A stretch of 64,000 nt of DNA from a virus: positions 202,924 to 266,923 of IMG/VR virus record IMGVR_UViG_3300036772_000425; one strand, 5' to 3'. This document shows, in pieces, positions 63,972-64,000 of this stretch. The notes beneath the pieces were generated by a model that had not been told where the DNA came from, ran no database searches, and saw nothing but the letters and a program-made list of their open reading frames with translations. Made by a program: the position numbers and the translations under genes. Every line of letters starts with the position of its first letter. Within the stretch, counting starts at the first letter, position 1.

Positions 63972-64000
63972 GATCCCCCTGCCGAAGATGATGTCGAACT

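Noticed and set aside
1-64000. Search for CRISPR arrays, rRNA, tRNA, integrase/att sites or host housekeeping genes
   Set aside because: None was recognisable by eye. There are no regularly spaced direct repeats, no integrase or recombinase motifs, and no rRNA-like conserved blocks. The window appears to be purely phage-like DNA.

Overview
This window looks like part of a large virulent dsDNA phage genome, about 58-62% GC, with nearly all genes on the minus strand in tight, often ATGA-overlapping operons. No host housekeeping genes, rRNA, tRNA or CRISPR arrays were found.

The main content is:

- **Replication:** a DnaE polymerase III alpha subunit that is split by a naturally split Npu/Ssp-DnaE-like intein, with three cargo genes between the halves (a zinc-finger Vsr-like endonuclease, a GT-A-like glycosyltransferase on the opposite strand, and a Gly-rich beta-helix-like protein). 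There is also a DnaB-type helicase and a 5'-3' flap exonuclease.
- **Nucleotide metabolism:** NrdJ class II ribonucleotide reductase, ThyX, a second divergent ThyA-family enzyme that is probably a pyrimidine hydroxymethylase, dCMP deaminase, thymidine kinase, thymidylate kinase, dUTPase, MazG-like pyrophosphatase, PyrF, a 5'-deoxynucleotidase and two P-loop dNMP-kinase-like proteins.
- **RNA/tRNA repair:** a Thg1-like protein, a CCA-adding enzyme, Pnkp, Rnl1-like and Rnl2-like ligases, and an Orn-like DEDDh exonuclease.
- **DNA modification:** two DNA methyltransferases (a beta-class DPPY enzyme and an MT-A70 enzyme) and a small-molecule SAM methyltransferase.
- **Sugar chemistry:** two SDR nucleotide-sugar enzymes (one UXS-like) and a GT-B glycosyltransferase.
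- **Host-physiology genes:** NUDIX and NMNAT-like (NAD module), a CN-hydrolase, Fe/Mn superoxide dismutase, Dps-like ferritin, Hsp20, and a fatty-acid-hydroxylase-family protein.
- **Other notable items:** a tandem pair of HslV/proteasome-like Thr-Ntn hydrolases, several free-standing HNH/EndoVII-like endonucleases in low-GC islands, and a low-GC moron with an R-S-E ADP-ribosyltransferase-like motif pattern.

All functional calls come from motif recognition in the translated ORFs. No database searches were possible.
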